Assembly: GCF_030013595.1 (NCBI RefSeq) | Contig: NZ_CP122770.1 | From: Escherichia coli | GTDB taxonomy: Bacteria; Pseudomonadota; Gammaproteobacteria; Enterobacterales; Enterobacteriaceae | Strand: one strand, 5' to 3' | Length of the DNA stretch: 64,000 nucleotides | Shown here: one piece after another, positions 8,927 to 18,091 of the stretch | How positions within the stretch are numbered: position 1 is the stretch's first letter | Layout: each line of letters opens with the position of its first letter | Position numbers and translations under genes: made by a program | Notes under the pieces: generated by a model | Database searches by the model: none | Seen by the model: only the letters and a program-made list of their open reading frames with translations | What the model was told of the DNA's origin: nothing

Positions 8927-9262
8927 ATGAACAGAAAATATTATTTTAATAATATGTGGTGGGGATGGGTGACGGGGGGATATATGCTGTATATGTCATG
9001 GGATTATGATTTTAAATACAGATTACTGTTCTGGTGTATTTCTCTCTGCGGAATGGTTTTGTATCCGGTTGCAAAATGGTATATTGAAGATACAGCTCTG
9101 AAATTTACCCGGCCTGATTTCTGGAACAGCGGTTTTTTTGCTGATACACCTGGGAAAATGGGATTGCTTGCTGTTTATACGGGTACTGTTTTCATATTAT
9201 CTCTTCCGTTAAGTATGATATATATTCTTTCTGTTATTATAAAAAGGCTGTCTGTAAGATAG
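8927..9262 (+). CDS. iia: Colicin Ia-type immunity protein (inner-membrane protein)
   Basis: 111-aa hydrophobic protein (MNRKYYFNNMWWGWVTGGYMLYMSWDY...) convergent with and immediately 3' of the colicin gene; the 111-aa length fits Ia rather than Ib immunity (from memory). Confidence 0.85.
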   Translation: MNRKYYFNNMWWGWVTGGYMLYMSWDYDFKYRLLFWCISLCGMVLYPVAKWYIEDTALKFTRPDFWNSGFFADTPGKMGLLAVYTGTVFILSLPLSMIYILSVIIKRLSVR

Positions 9263-9283
9263 ACAGCCTGTCTTATATTTTAT

Positions 9284-11164
9284 TTAAATACCCCAGAACT
9301 TATTCGCTTTTTCCACAAGCGATTCATCAATCAGCGCACCGGTGACAGCCATCAGTAAACCATACCCGATAATGCCTAAAGCGCTTCCGGTAAGAATACT
9401 GAAGACCAGTGCAACAAGAGCCGTTGCGGCATTGCCTGCTATAATGGCTTCTGTTTTAACAAAAAGAGGACGCCAGTTCTCTGTCCGGACAGCCTTACCA
9501 AACTCAGTGATCCAGTCAGCAAGACTTGTAAATTTTCCTGCATATCCCAGTCCCCGACTGAATCTGTTCAGATTAGACGATATATCAGACAGCTTCACAG
9601 ACTCAAGGGCTGCGGCAATCGCTGCACGATCTTTTGCATTAATTTTTTTGTTAATGTCAGCCCGGTACTTTTCATACGTTTTTAATGCCTCTTCAACATT
9701 ACGTATTTTCTTCCCTTTAGCCTGCCCGGCCATCTCTCTGGCTAACTGCTCAGCTTTTGCACCATATTTTTCTGAAACTGATTTCAGGAACTCTGTTGTG
9801 AAATTAATTGCGTCTTTCGTTGCCTTCAGTTCATCCTGTTTTCTTTTCTCTTCCGCTATCTTCTGATTGATGCCGGCAAGCTGGTTACGGATATTCTCTT
9901 TTTCCTTCAACAGGGCATTAAGAGCGTCATTTGCATGCTTTTGCTCATTTGTTCTGGCACTGAGGTTATTTCTCGCCGAATTTACCGCAGATTCAGCAGA
10001 GGTGATTTTATTTCTGGCATCAAGCAATCGTTGCCGTAACTTATCCCATTCAGCAACTTCAGCATTATAAATTTTCTTGTCACCTTCCACATCCTCTGTC
10101 ACCACCGGATTCCGGTCATTCAGAATATTGCGTTTATAATCCAGACCGGAATGGGTCAGAAGATAATTCAGGTTTGCACGGTTATCGATGACTGCGCTGG
10201 TTGTGATTTTTATCGTACCGGCAAATCTCGGATCACCGCTCACAACAATAGAATGATTTGTTGATGAACGCCCCGGGAATTTTTCAGGGGAAACTATCGT
10301 TTTGCCGTCAGGCGTGTTTTTCTGTTGCGTCAGCTGTTGTTCAGCTCTGGTTAATGCATTACGGGCCGTGTTAAGCGATTCCGTCACTGAACTGAGTTTA
10401 TTCCGGGCCTCTGAAATGGCCCTGTCATTCCGTGTCTGCTGCCCGAGCAGACGGGCCTGTTGTGCATCAAGAACGGCAAGGGCTGCCCCGCCATTTTTTT
10501 CCAGCTCTGACAACCGCGTGTCCAGAATACCTTTTCTGCGCTCGTATTCAGCAAGCATATCAGCGGCCTTCTTGTCTGCGTTCTGCGCATCCTTCTGCCG
10601 TTTTTCAGCCTGTTCGATTAACGACCTGGCCTCCCGGGGAGATATACGAAGAGAATCAGCATCAGCAAACAGCATCCGGCTCTCTGTATGCAGCCGGAGG
10701 GCATCATATCCGGCGATTTCAGTACGGAATCCGTATTCTCTCAGCTCTGCCTGCAGGAGTCTGAACTCCTGTCGTGTAATATCAGCGGCATCTGCGTTTC
10801 CGGCACGGAGTGTTTTCAGTGTGTTTTCATCTTTTTCCCTTGCAGCAATCGCCGCAGAGAGGCGTTTTCCGGCTTCAGTACGCTTATTCTCATTCTCTTT
10901 CTGCTGCGCGCTGAGCGTGTTTTTGTACGCTGTGATTTCCTTGTCCCTTTTTTCGATATCACTTCGGGTTGGGGAATCATCAACCCACTCGTTTCCGCCC
11001 CAGATGGTTTTGTTCCCGAAGGAACTCCATGCAGGCGGGGTACCATGAAAGACATCGACACGTGGAGGGTTTACATAAATATCAACGGCCATAATTTCAT
11101 GGCCATCTGAATCATACCCCAGCGATTCTGCACCGGGATTTGTAATACGTACAGGGTCAGACAT
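9284..11164 (-). CDS. cia: Colicin Ia (or Ib) pore-forming bacteriocin, 626 aa
   Basis: Full-length match by recollection to colicin Ia/Ib: N-terminus MSDPVRITNPGAESLGYDSDGHEIMAVDIYVNPPRVDVFHG, long coiled-coil central region, C-terminal channel domain with hydrophobic hairpin ..AGNAATALVALVFSILTGSALGIIGYGLLMAVTGALIDESLVEKANKFWGI. Confidence 0.95.
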   Translation of the reverse strand: MSDPVRITNPGAESLGYDSDGHEIMAVDIYVNPPRVDVFHGTPPAWSSFGNKTIWGGNEWVDDSPTRSDIEKRDKEITAYKNTLSAQQKENENKRTEAGKRLSAAIAAREKDENTLKTLRAGNADAADITRQEFRLLQAELREYGFRTEIAGYDALRLHTESRMLFADADSLRISPREARSLIEQAEKRQKDAQNADKKAADMLAEYERRKGILDTRLSELEKNGGAALAVLDAQQARLLGQQTRNDRAISEARNKLSSVTESLNTARNALTRAEQQLTQQKNTPDGKTIVSPEKFPGRSSTNHSIVVSGDPRFAGTIKITTSAVIDNRANLNYLLTHSGLDYKRNILNDRNPVVTEDVEGDKKIYNAEVAEWDKLRQRLLDARNKITSAESAVNSARNNLSARTNEQKHANDALNALLKEKENIRNQLAGINQKIAEEKRKQDELKATKDAINFTTEFLKSVSEKYGAKAEQLAREMAGQAKGKKIRNVEEALKTYEKYRADINKKINAKDRAAIAAALESVKLSDISSNLNRFSRGLGYAGKFTSLADWITEFGKAVRTENWRPLFVKTEAIIAGNAATALVALVFSILTGSALGIIGYGLLMAVTGALIDESLVEKANKFWGI

Positions 11165-11205
11165 TCGGTATCTCCTTCATCCTCTGAGGAAAACAAATGA
11201 ATTAA

Positions 11206-11270
11206 CTGCTTACGCATATGGATACATATACAGTATTAATTTATTAAGGAGAAAATGGCATGTCAAGATT
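11206..11270 (-). promoter_or_regulatory. Colicin promoter with overlapping LexA (SOS) operator
   Basis: Minus strand reads TTGACA (-35, 11261-11266) ...TAATAAATTAATA... then TACTGTATATGTATCCATATGCGTAAGCAG (11206-11236), containing the CTGT-N8 LexA half-sites typical of colicin operators, followed by GAAGGAG RBS and the ATG. Confidence 0.6.
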
Positions 11271-11442
11271 TGATGATAGTGATTATCATTAACATGAAGT
11301 GATGTTACACCGTTCAGAAAGCCTGCTGACGCTGTGGCAGCATCACAGTCTGGGTATTCTCTGGTGCAATACAAAAACCGGACTTTCCCGTAACAACAGA
11401 CAATGTTACGGGAAAAGTTACAGAACTGAGCCACAAAATATC

Positions 11443-12789
11443 TCAGTACCTGAGATGCATAAAAACACCGTACATATGTTTCTTAAAAGGGGGATGATCG
11501 TTATCCAGCCATTTCGGTGGATCGGTATGCAGAACACCAATCTGCTTCATGCCGGTATGCTGCCTGGATTTTCTCGCGCAGTAATCACTGTCTTCATATC
11601 CCATCGTTTCGATGACCACTCTGGCCGTCTTTCCGTCAGGAGCCCTTGCTGTGACAATGAAATCCGGCAGTACATATTTCTTTTCACCATTAACATAAAC
11701 TTCTGTATCAAACAGGGGCCTTTCCAGACTTAATTCCGGCGTACCTGGCTTTCTTTTAAGCCAGCTGGCCACATTCAGAAGAGCAGTGAGCGTGTTTCGT
11801 TCCAGTTTGCTGTCCACAGGCACCGGACATGTCAGTTGATAAAGAGCATGAGCATACCCTTCACTGCAGATGATTCTGCCATCGGCACTCCGGCAAAAAG
11901 CAAGAATAACCCAGTAAGGGGGACGTATTCCGCCCTGCGCTTCACCATTAATACTGATCCCCCGCACAGGTCTGATGACCTGAATATTACCGTTCGCCCA
12001 GTGAATTTCCACAGCATCACGACAGATGTGCTGCGCCATAAAAATCTGAAAGAACATATGCTTTCTTCTGGCAGGCCAGTGTCGTTCTGAATTCTCCAGC
12101 GTTTCCATTAACCGCTCCTGAGACCTTTCAGACATTCCTGGCCGGAAATGGATAATTTCAGATAAGGCTCTTCCCCGAATATACTCCTGCTGTAGTGTAA
12201 CCTGCCGTATGGCATCAAGACACTCACGATAATTAGTCCGGATACGGGGATTAGCCAGGGAATCCAGTTTATTCAGCCCTGCATCTTCAATAAGCGACAG
12301 GAGTAAACGGCCAAGGCGCGGACGTTTCTTGCGAACGGAGGAGCGCTCACCATTATGGTAAGCAGAGCGGGCCTGCAGTCTGATAACAGAATTACTGTCA
12401 TCAGGTGGTAAAAAGTTTCTGTAATTTATACGGGTGCTAACGGGATGCCGGCTTGCTCCGAAGGATGTTTCCTCTTCATTTCCGGATAACTGACGATACA
12501 TGGGGCATTCAGGTGCATGCTCATGATTAAAACTGGACAGATAAAGAGTACCCGTATTGTTTTTAAGAGCAGCAAAATTCATGGCCGGCGAATCTCCCGG
12601 AATACAGTCACACTGTAACCATGCATCATACTCACGCATTTCCCGGAGAAGAGCATTGGCCAGGTTATGTTGTGCCATGGTTGCTGGCCTTTTCAGTCCA
12701 CAGACCGTCTTTACTGCAGTCTCTTCCTCACTGCTAAGCTCCCGAATCACTTTGCCCCGGGGATTCTTCTTTACAAGTATCATTGGCAT
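11443..12789 (-). CDS. Hypothetical 448-aa protein with a Cys/His cluster and a possible nuclease-like C-terminal region
   Basis: Long ORF with GGAG RBS before ATG at 12789 (MPMILVKK..); motifs CDCIPGD and HEHAPECP; C-terminal YVLPDFIVTARAPDGKTARVVIETMGYE loosely resembles a restriction-endonuclease-like core; no family assigned. Confidence 0.6.
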   Translation of the reverse strand: MPMILVKKNPRGKVIRELSSEEETAVKTVCGLKRPATMAQHNLANALLREMREYDAWLQCDCIPGDSPAMNFAALKNNTGTLYLSSFNHEHAPECPMYRQLSGNEEETSFGASRHPVSTRINYRNFLPPDDSNSVIRLQARSAYHNGERSSVRKKRPRLGRLLLSLIEDAGLNKLDSLANPRIRTNYRECLDAIRQVTLQQEYIRGRALSEIIHFRPGMSERSQERLMETLENSERHWPARRKHMFFQIFMAQHICRDAVEIHWANGNIQVIRPVRGISINGEAQGGIRPPYWVILAFCRSADGRIICSEGYAHALYQLTCPVPVDSKLERNTLTALLNVASWLKRKPGTPELSLERPLFDTEVYVNGEKKYVLPDFIVTARAPDGKTARVVIETMGYEDSDYCARKSRQHTGMKQIGVLHTDPPKWLDNDHPPFKKHMYGVFMHLRY

Positions 12790-13142
12790 AATGAAAGCAC
12801 TCCTTATGTACATGCTTAAACAGTAAGTAAAATATACAAAGAACCCCCCATGAAACAAAGGCAGAGATGAACTGTGCGCCCCGATATCTTCTTCTGATAT
12901 CCTTTCAAATGAATTGTTTTTATTTATATCATGACAACATTAAAGTGAGAGAATATATCAACCATGTTTCTGTCAGGGTTCAGTAGAATATCAATTCGAC
13001 TGTCACGCCATAACTGTAACTACCTCGAGTATAAATATTCAGAGAATGGACTTATTAGCCATGAAAAATCACCTGATGGGAAATTTACTAATTTATGGAT
13101 TGTGATATTATTAAAGAGTAAAACCAGCCAGCCGAGGTATTT

Positions 13143-13736
13143 ATGGGAAAAAATCAGGAAGAAAGGAAAACTCCCGTCATTGTGGTGAAAAAACGTCGTA
13201 CTTTTTCGCCACCGTCCTTATCCGAAAAAACAGATATTATCGCACCTGTATTTACTGAACAGACGGCAGAATCAGCCCCCGCCGGAATAAATTCATCTGC
13301 CGTCGAAACACATATCCCCGAAGCGCCAGCCAGGAAGAAGAAAAAGAAAAGACACCGTTTTCCACGTCCCTCCCACTGGACCCGTGAGTATACTCACGAG
13401 TGCGTGGAAAAAATAAAGGCCCTGTTTCCTCATCTTCGTGCTGAAGGTGGTGGATTTATTCCCCTGAAAATTGGCATAAGCAATGATATTTCGGCATTTC
13501 TGGCAGAAAGCCCGGATACAGAACTGTCCATGGACGAATGGTTCTGTGCAGTGTCCTGCATCACCTCCCGCCGCGTATATCTGCAGCGGACCTCTGTCGC
13601 CGGCGTCCCTCGTTATGGGCTGGATGGTCATCCCGATGGGCAGGTCTCAGAAACTGAAGCACAGAGTGCTGTTCAAAGACTGGCGATAATAGAACAACGG
13701 TGGCTCAGGATGAAGGAACGGCAGACTGAGCAATAA
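13143..13736 (+). CDS. FinO/ProQ-domain RNA-binding protein (FopA-like)
   Basis: Basic N-terminal half (KKKKKRHRFPRP) followed by a FinO-like domain pattern (..EKIKALFP..GGFIPLKIGISNDI..RRVYLQRTSVAGVPRYGLDGHPDGQVSE..); a hairpin GAGTCTGcttaCAGACTC follows the stop. Confidence 0.65.
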   Translation: MGKNQEERKTPVIVVKKRRTFSPPSLSEKTDIIAPVFTEQTAESAPAGINSSAVETHIPEAPARKKKKKRHRFPRPSHWTREYTHECVEKIKALFPHLRAEGGGFIPLKIGISNDISAFLAESPDTELSMDEWFCAVSCITSRRVYLQRTSVAGVPRYGLDGHPDGQVSETEAQSAVQRLAIIEQRWLRMKERQTEQ

Positions 13737-14017
13737 ACATTTCAGATAACATCATGACATTGTGTATCAGAGTCTGCTTACAGACTCATGGATGCCACCA
13801 AAGGCTCATCAGATGTAAGGCAGAAGCGACGTAACTGCCTTTTGAAAGGAAAAAAGCGACCGCAAGGATGCAATGGATATCTGCCGCATACTGAAATAAA
13901 GTAACAAAAAAATCACCACAATCACGGGGGCTTCCTTCCTGTACTCAGGCCATACCCCCCGCACGTATAAATTTCTCAATCAACAATACAATAAAACTGT
14001 GAATAATATCATCATGA

Positions 14018-14884
14018 TTAACGCATAATTACCCGTGATTCTTTCCTGGTAACGTAAGTACAGTTATCCGGAACCTCCTCCATAATAAAAGACATGGCTC
14101 CAATTTTTACATTACTGCCTATTTTTACGTTAAGCCCGATAATACACGTATGGGCACCGATATCGACATTATCACCAATAACGATATAATTCTCTCTGCT
14201 GTCAGATTCCTTTTCGCCAATGGTCGTATTCTGCCGTATAATCACATTCTCACCGATTTTTACATTTCCGTGAATGACGACGCCTGAATGGTGGGGCAGC
14301 ACGAGGCCTTTACCAATCTGCGCCCCCAGACCAATATCACATCCATACTTTGCCATAAGCGCATTTTTTATCTTGATCGCACATTTTCGTTGTTTTTTAT
14401 TCCCCGATATATACATTTCATTAGCCAGGCGCCACCACAGAAGAAAACCTCTCTGCCTCTGCATACCGTTCCTGATAAGCCGGTGAAAAACAAACTTATC
14501 CCGCATGATAACTTCTGCTTTCCAGTATTCCAGAAGATGACGTTTTTTTCCTGAAAATAAAAACGTGCCAATATGGAAATAAGAAATCGGATTTTTTATC
14601 AACATACGCAAATTTTTAGAAAACAATGAATACAGATGTATTTTATATACACAGATAAAACCGCGCAACAGACATAAATATGACAGTAGCAATGAAAAAG
14701 CAGAGAGTGTGGGTGATACAGAAAAGTAACTGTCAGACATTAAATCTGATGCATCGATAAACAGACGCCCCAGCAGATGCACCTGTAATGCAACGATTTT
14801 GCCGTGTCTGCTACAGAAGTAATACACAAATTTCCGGGGATTCTGCCTTAGCATTTTGATATATTCAGATACGGTAAATCTCAC
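14018..14884 (-). CDS. CysE/WcaB-like hexapeptide-repeat O-acetyltransferase (serine acetyltransferase family)
   Basis: C-terminal left-handed beta-helix repeats GCDIGLGAQIGKGLVLPHHSGVVIHGNVKIGENVIIRQNTTIG...VIGDNVDIGAHTCIIGLNVKIGSNVKIG align with the CysE catalytic domain; the gene is strongly AT-rich; N-terminal start uncertain. Confidence 0.6.
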   Translation of the reverse strand: MRFTVSEYIKMLRQNPRKFVYYFCSRHGKIVALQVHLLGRLFIDASDLMSDSYFSVSPTLSAFSLLLSYLCLLRGFICVYKIHLYSLFSKNLRMLIKNPISYFHIGTFLFSGKKRHLLEYWKAEVIMRDKFVFHRLIRNGMQRQRGFLLWWRLANEMYISGNKKQRKCAIKIKNALMAKYGCDIGLGAQIGKGLVLPHHSGVVIHGNVKIGENVIIRQNTTIGEKESDSRENYIVIGDNVDIGAHTCIIGLNVKIGSNVKIGAMSFIMEEVPDNCTYVTRKESRVIMR

Positions 14885-14904
14885 TTTAGATGGACTAAGG
14901 ACTT

Positions 14905-15246
14905 ATGATATTTACAAAATTTCAATCTCTGACCCACAAGATAGATACAATGATTATTCATGATATTAAACGGGAGATGCCATTGAAATACGGGTTATAC
15001 AGGGTGGCCAAATGGTTTGCCTGGCTCGCCCACACAGGAATTTTTTGTACCTTTATTATATATATAGGGTTTTCCATCATCACTCAGCACGCCGGCCAGG
15101 AACTACCGGAGACGTTTAAACATGGATTCGCCTTGACTTTCTGTTCATTTGCAACAGCAGCTCTGGTCAGCCAGTGGATCGGAGGCGGATTGCATAGCAA
15201 ACTGGAAGAAAGAATTCGGATGAAGTGGCAGAACCACGCTCACTGA
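14905..15246 (+). CDS. Hypothetical small membrane protein, divergent from the acetyltransferase gene
   Basis: 113-aa ORF with two predicted hydrophobic helices; its stop sits inside a hairpin CACTGAC-N11-GTCAGTG (15241-15265). Confidence 0.35.
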   Translation: MIFTKFQSLTHKIDTMIIHDIKREMPLKYGLYRVAKWFAWLAHTGIFCTFIIYIGFSIITQHAGQELPETFKHGFALTFCSFATAALVSQWIGGGLHSKLEERIRMKWQNHAH

Positions 15247-15441
15247 CAGGATCACCCGGTCAGTGCACAGAGGGCGGGTGGCGAAGACTCCGGTGACTGC
15301 TCCCCGCCCGCATTGGGCGAGGATTCTCGGCGGTTCTTCGCTGACTGCACCATACCTCCCAGACAAGACTGTTCGGAATATATCGCTCTTACTGGGGGAG
15401 CAGTAAACTAAAAATGAAAAGTATTATTCCTGACTGGAATT

Positions 15442-15723
15442 TTATGGCCACTTCTGTGCGGTATGCAACACGCGCAGGACATACACTTTTCCCCACTGGC
15501 TGTCGACCTCATAAACCAGAACAAAATGGGGGTGAATAACCAGTTCCCGGGTTCCTTCCACACGACCGTTGCGACCTTTATACGGCTGCCCGGCCAGGCT
15601 GCTGGCTGAATAACCAATCCGTTCGTCCAGTTCAATGGCGGCCATCAGGTTCTGCTCCGCAATGTACTCACGAATGCGCTTCCTGTCCTGGCTGGCCAGC
15701 ATGGTCCAGAATATCTCCATCAT
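15442..15723 (-). CDS. ParE/RelE-family type II toxin
   Basis: 93-aa protein ending ..GTRELVIHPHFVLVYEVDSQWGKVYVLRVLHTAQ, typical of ParE/RelE toxins; 4-bp overlap with the upstream antitoxin gene. Confidence 0.8.
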   Translation of the reverse strand: MMEIFWTMLASQDRKRIREYIAEQNLMAAIELDERIGYSASSLAGQPYKGRNGRVEGTRELVIHPHFVLVYEVDSQWGKVYVLRVLHTAQKWP

Positions 15724-15989
15724 TTATCGGAAACCTTCCTGCTCATTTCATCCCGCCATGCAGCGGCAGAAGATTCGACCATGTCATGGGGAAGCACATC
15801 GCCGCGCTCGAGTTGCTGACGTCCTGCCGCAACCTGGTCACGGAACCAGGTATTATGCTGCCGTTCAACGGTCTGGCGCATAAAATCCCGAATTAACTGA
15901 GAGCCATTACGGTCCATGCTTTTTGCAGCGGCCATAAAAGCATCCTTCAGTTCAGCGTCGATTCTTAAACTCATATTAACCTGTGCCAT
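15720..15989 (-). CDS. RHH-type antitoxin (ParD/RelB-like) of the ParE/RelE pair
   Basis: 89-aa protein with N-terminal MSLRIDAELKDAF RHH-like segment, directly upstream of and overlapping the toxin gene. Confidence 0.75.
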   Translation of the reverse strand: MAQVNMSLRIDAELKDAFMAAAKSMDRNGSQLIRDFMRQTVERQHNTWFRDQVAAGRQQLERGDVLPHDMVESSAAAWRDEMSRKVSDK

Positions 15990-16599
15990 TTATCACCTCG
16001 TCATTACTACGTATATACACAGTATATAACGATTCAGATATCGTCACCAGGATATGCCGCGCCAGCGGCATGGAAGGCGGCACGCTGTGGTTACATGTGA
16101 TACCGGAGTAAAACCGCCGAAGCCCGGCGTCAGCCGGTACTGATTGATAGATTTCACCTTACCCATCCCCAGCCCTGCTAAGCCATACCCGCTTTCAGCC
16201 ATGAGACAGTTTCTGTGCGCGGTCGGAGTGGTCCCGACGAGGGTTTACCCGAAGTCGGGGCGTATCTCCGCGTTAGCGGGCCGTGAGGGCCGCTTACGAG
16301 CGTGTACTGAGGACTTCCAGCCAGAAGACTGGCAGCGATGACAATGTAGTTACAACATTCATAATTAAAAGCGATGTTGTTCCCGCCCTTCGGGCGGGGG
16401 CGGCCTCGCTTTTCAGTTATGAGGGGTGGGCACGGTGCTGCGTTTGTGTGGTGTTTTTTATTCCTGATGTTTTCGCGGTGGTTTCAGAACGGTGAGGTTC
16501 GGGGCCCGCGCGTTAGCGTGGGAGGTGCTTTTAGATTCTGAGCGGCGCGGCCTTGGCCGCTGCAAGCGAAGGCCTCTTTGTGTTTGTTCACGGTGGTTT

Positions 16600-16896
16600 C
16601 AGAGATAAAGACTTTCCCTGCGGCGAAGCAACGCAGGGGATTAAATAATGGGGTTAAGACTATATTGCAGGTTTGCTGTTTCAGGTTTGCAGCTTCTTAA
16701 AGTTTTTTGTTTGCGGATTTATGTGGATAACTGAAACAACGTGGCCACGTTCTGATGACTGATGCGTGGTTTTATGGGCAGATATGCCCCTCTGAGGGGA
16801 TTTAAGGTGATTACTGCGGATTTTGGGCTGAGCGGAACCAGCGCCGAAAGCCCCGGAGGGGCTGGTGATGATTCAGTGCTGAGGGAATGGTGCTGT
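16600..16896 (-). other. IncI1-type replication origin region (CIS/oriV) downstream of repZ, with a DnaA box
   Basis: DnaA box TGTGGATAA at 16721-16729 (complement of TTATCCACA); GC-rich hairpins (AGCCCCTCCGGGGCT, CCCCTCAGAGGGG) directly after the repZ stop; position matches ori location in IncI1/IncB replicons. Confidence 0.5.
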
Positions 16897-17928
16897 CTAG
16901 TGCGGCGGTGGGGCAGCCAGCGTCAGTTCAAGCTGACGCAACTCCCTGATGGCCAGTCGCTTCAGATGGTCATCGGAACAAAAATAGGCTTCATCCGGCG
17001 GCAGACGCTTCCTGAGATATTCTGCCATCTCATGAATCTGCTGGTCGGCAGGCAGTTTCTTCAGGCGTCTGGCGCGCTTACTGGCTGCTGCTTTCGCACG
17101 ACGGTGTTTCAGCGCATCCTGACTGCGCTGCAGATACCAGCGTTTTCTGGCCGCATGTACGGAGATATCTTCATCCTCACGCAGAACACCTTCCCGAATG
17201 AGCTGCTGGCGGATTTCACTTTCACGCAGTCGTTTCTGCTGCTGTTCGTGAAGTTTTACCATGTCGACGCCCAGCATCTGCCAGCCTGCCGGTGTTATCC
17301 AGACGTAACGAGGCAGACGCTGGCGGGTTTCACGGTCCCACAGGGTTTCATCTGAAACACCCAGCACACCAAAACGTACCTGTTCGGCCAGCAAACGGGA
17401 AAGGCGGGAGACCGTCACTTCCAGTTCCGGAATAACCTTCCCCTTGCTGTCTTTCGGGCTGATTTCTCTGGCCAGACGGGAAACACTCATGCCTACGGTA
17501 TGTGTGCCCGCATCACTGAAGCTGACCAGAACCGGCCAGACGGCATCGAGGAGGCGTTGTTTTTCCGGACGGAAAGCATATTTGCGACCGGCATACGTTC
17601 GTTTCTGCACGTAAAAAGGATGCAGAGACATGTGCATGCGCAGGCTCTGCTCGCCGGTCACCGGGTCCTTTTTCACCAGACGGTTGTAGGCGTGCCCGAG
17701 CTGCCCGCTCAGCGCCTTATAGCGCTCAGGACGATACCAGGACGGATTTTCGCATTTGGGTTTGGTGGAGTGCTCACCACGACGACGCTTCGTGCGCTTC
17801 CTTTCCGGTTCAACCAGGAAAGTGGTCGCCCTTCCCGCTTCATAGTCTTCCCAGAAACGGATCTGCTCTTCGGGTGCTAACTGACTCCAGTGTACTGCGT
17901 TATATGGAGTATTCTTCAGACCTGCCAC
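16897..17928 (-). CDS. repZ: RepZ replication initiator (IncI1/IncFII RepA1 family)
   Basis: Characteristic RepZ sequence (..GLKNTPYNAVHWSQLAPEEQIRFWEDYEAGRATTFLVEP...); no in-frame ATG near the 5' end, so the start is placed at the GTG at 17928 next to the repY stop; exact start uncertain. Confidence 0.9.
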   Translation of the reverse strand: MAGLKNTPYNAVHWSQLAPEEQIRFWEDYEAGRATTFLVEPERKRTKRRRGEHSTKPKCENPSWYRPERYKALSGQLGHAYNRLVKKDPVTGEQSLRMHMSLHPFYVQKRTYAGRKYAFRPEKQRLLDAVWPVLVSFSDAGTHTVGMSVSRLAREISPKDSKGKVIPELEVTVSRLSRLLAEQVRFGVLGVSDETLWDRETRQRLPRYVWITPAGWQMLGVDMVKLHEQQQKRLRESEIRQQLIREGVLREDEDISVHAARKRWYLQRSQDALKHRRAKAAASKRARRLKKLPADQQIHEMAEYLRKRLPPDEAYFCSDDHLKRLAIRELRQLELTLAAPPPH

Positions 17929-18005
17929 AAGCTGTCGCTTATGGCGGAGCGATTGTGCCGTGTATTTATACACTGCACAGGGTTGAATCTCTGGTACGGT
18001 TTCAT
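17916..18005 (-). CDS. repY: RepY leader peptide (29 aa), translationally coupled to repZ
   Basis: ATG at 18005, MKPYQRFNPVQCINTRHNRSAISDSLWQV, stop TGA at 17916-17918 overlapping the repZ 5' region, as expected for the IncI1 repY-repZ arrangement. Confidence 0.7.
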   Translation of the reverse strand: MKPYQRFNPVQCINTRHNRSAISDSLWQV

Positions 18006-18019
18006 TATACTTTACCCGT

Positions 18020-18091
18020 ATTCTGTGAGGCCCCCACTATCTTTCGTCGTTCCGCCAAGTTCGTAAGAAAGATAGTGGGGGTTTTCCTTTT
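18020..18091 (+). ncRNA. inc: Inc antisense RNA (replication-control countertranscript) with terminator hairpin
   Basis: Perfect 15-bp stem CCCCCACTATCTTTC / GAAAGATAGTGGGGG (18031-18081) with loop containing CCGCCAA (complement of the rep-mRNA rUUGGCG loop), followed by TTTTCCTTTT, on the strand opposite the rep mRNA leader. Confidence 0.55.

Noticed and set aside
8731-8949. 72-aa plus-strand ORF next to the IS right end
   Set aside because: Overlaps the reconstructed N-terminal part of the IS-disrupted gene on the other strand and the immunity-gene promoter; no support as a gene.
9342-11110. Several plus-strand ORFs (174, 248, 140 aa) opposite the colicin gene
   Set aside because: Antisense to a full-length colicin; low-complexity Ser/Ala/Phe-rich translations.
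12964-13188. 74-aa ORF upstream of the FinO-domain gene
   Set aside because: Lies in the AT-rich promoter region, overlaps the downstream gene start, no RBS.
16144-16495. Two small ORFs (65 and 70 aa) in the GC-rich ori-flanking block
   Set aside because: No RBS, overlapping hairpin-dense sequence; more likely structured non-coding DNA.
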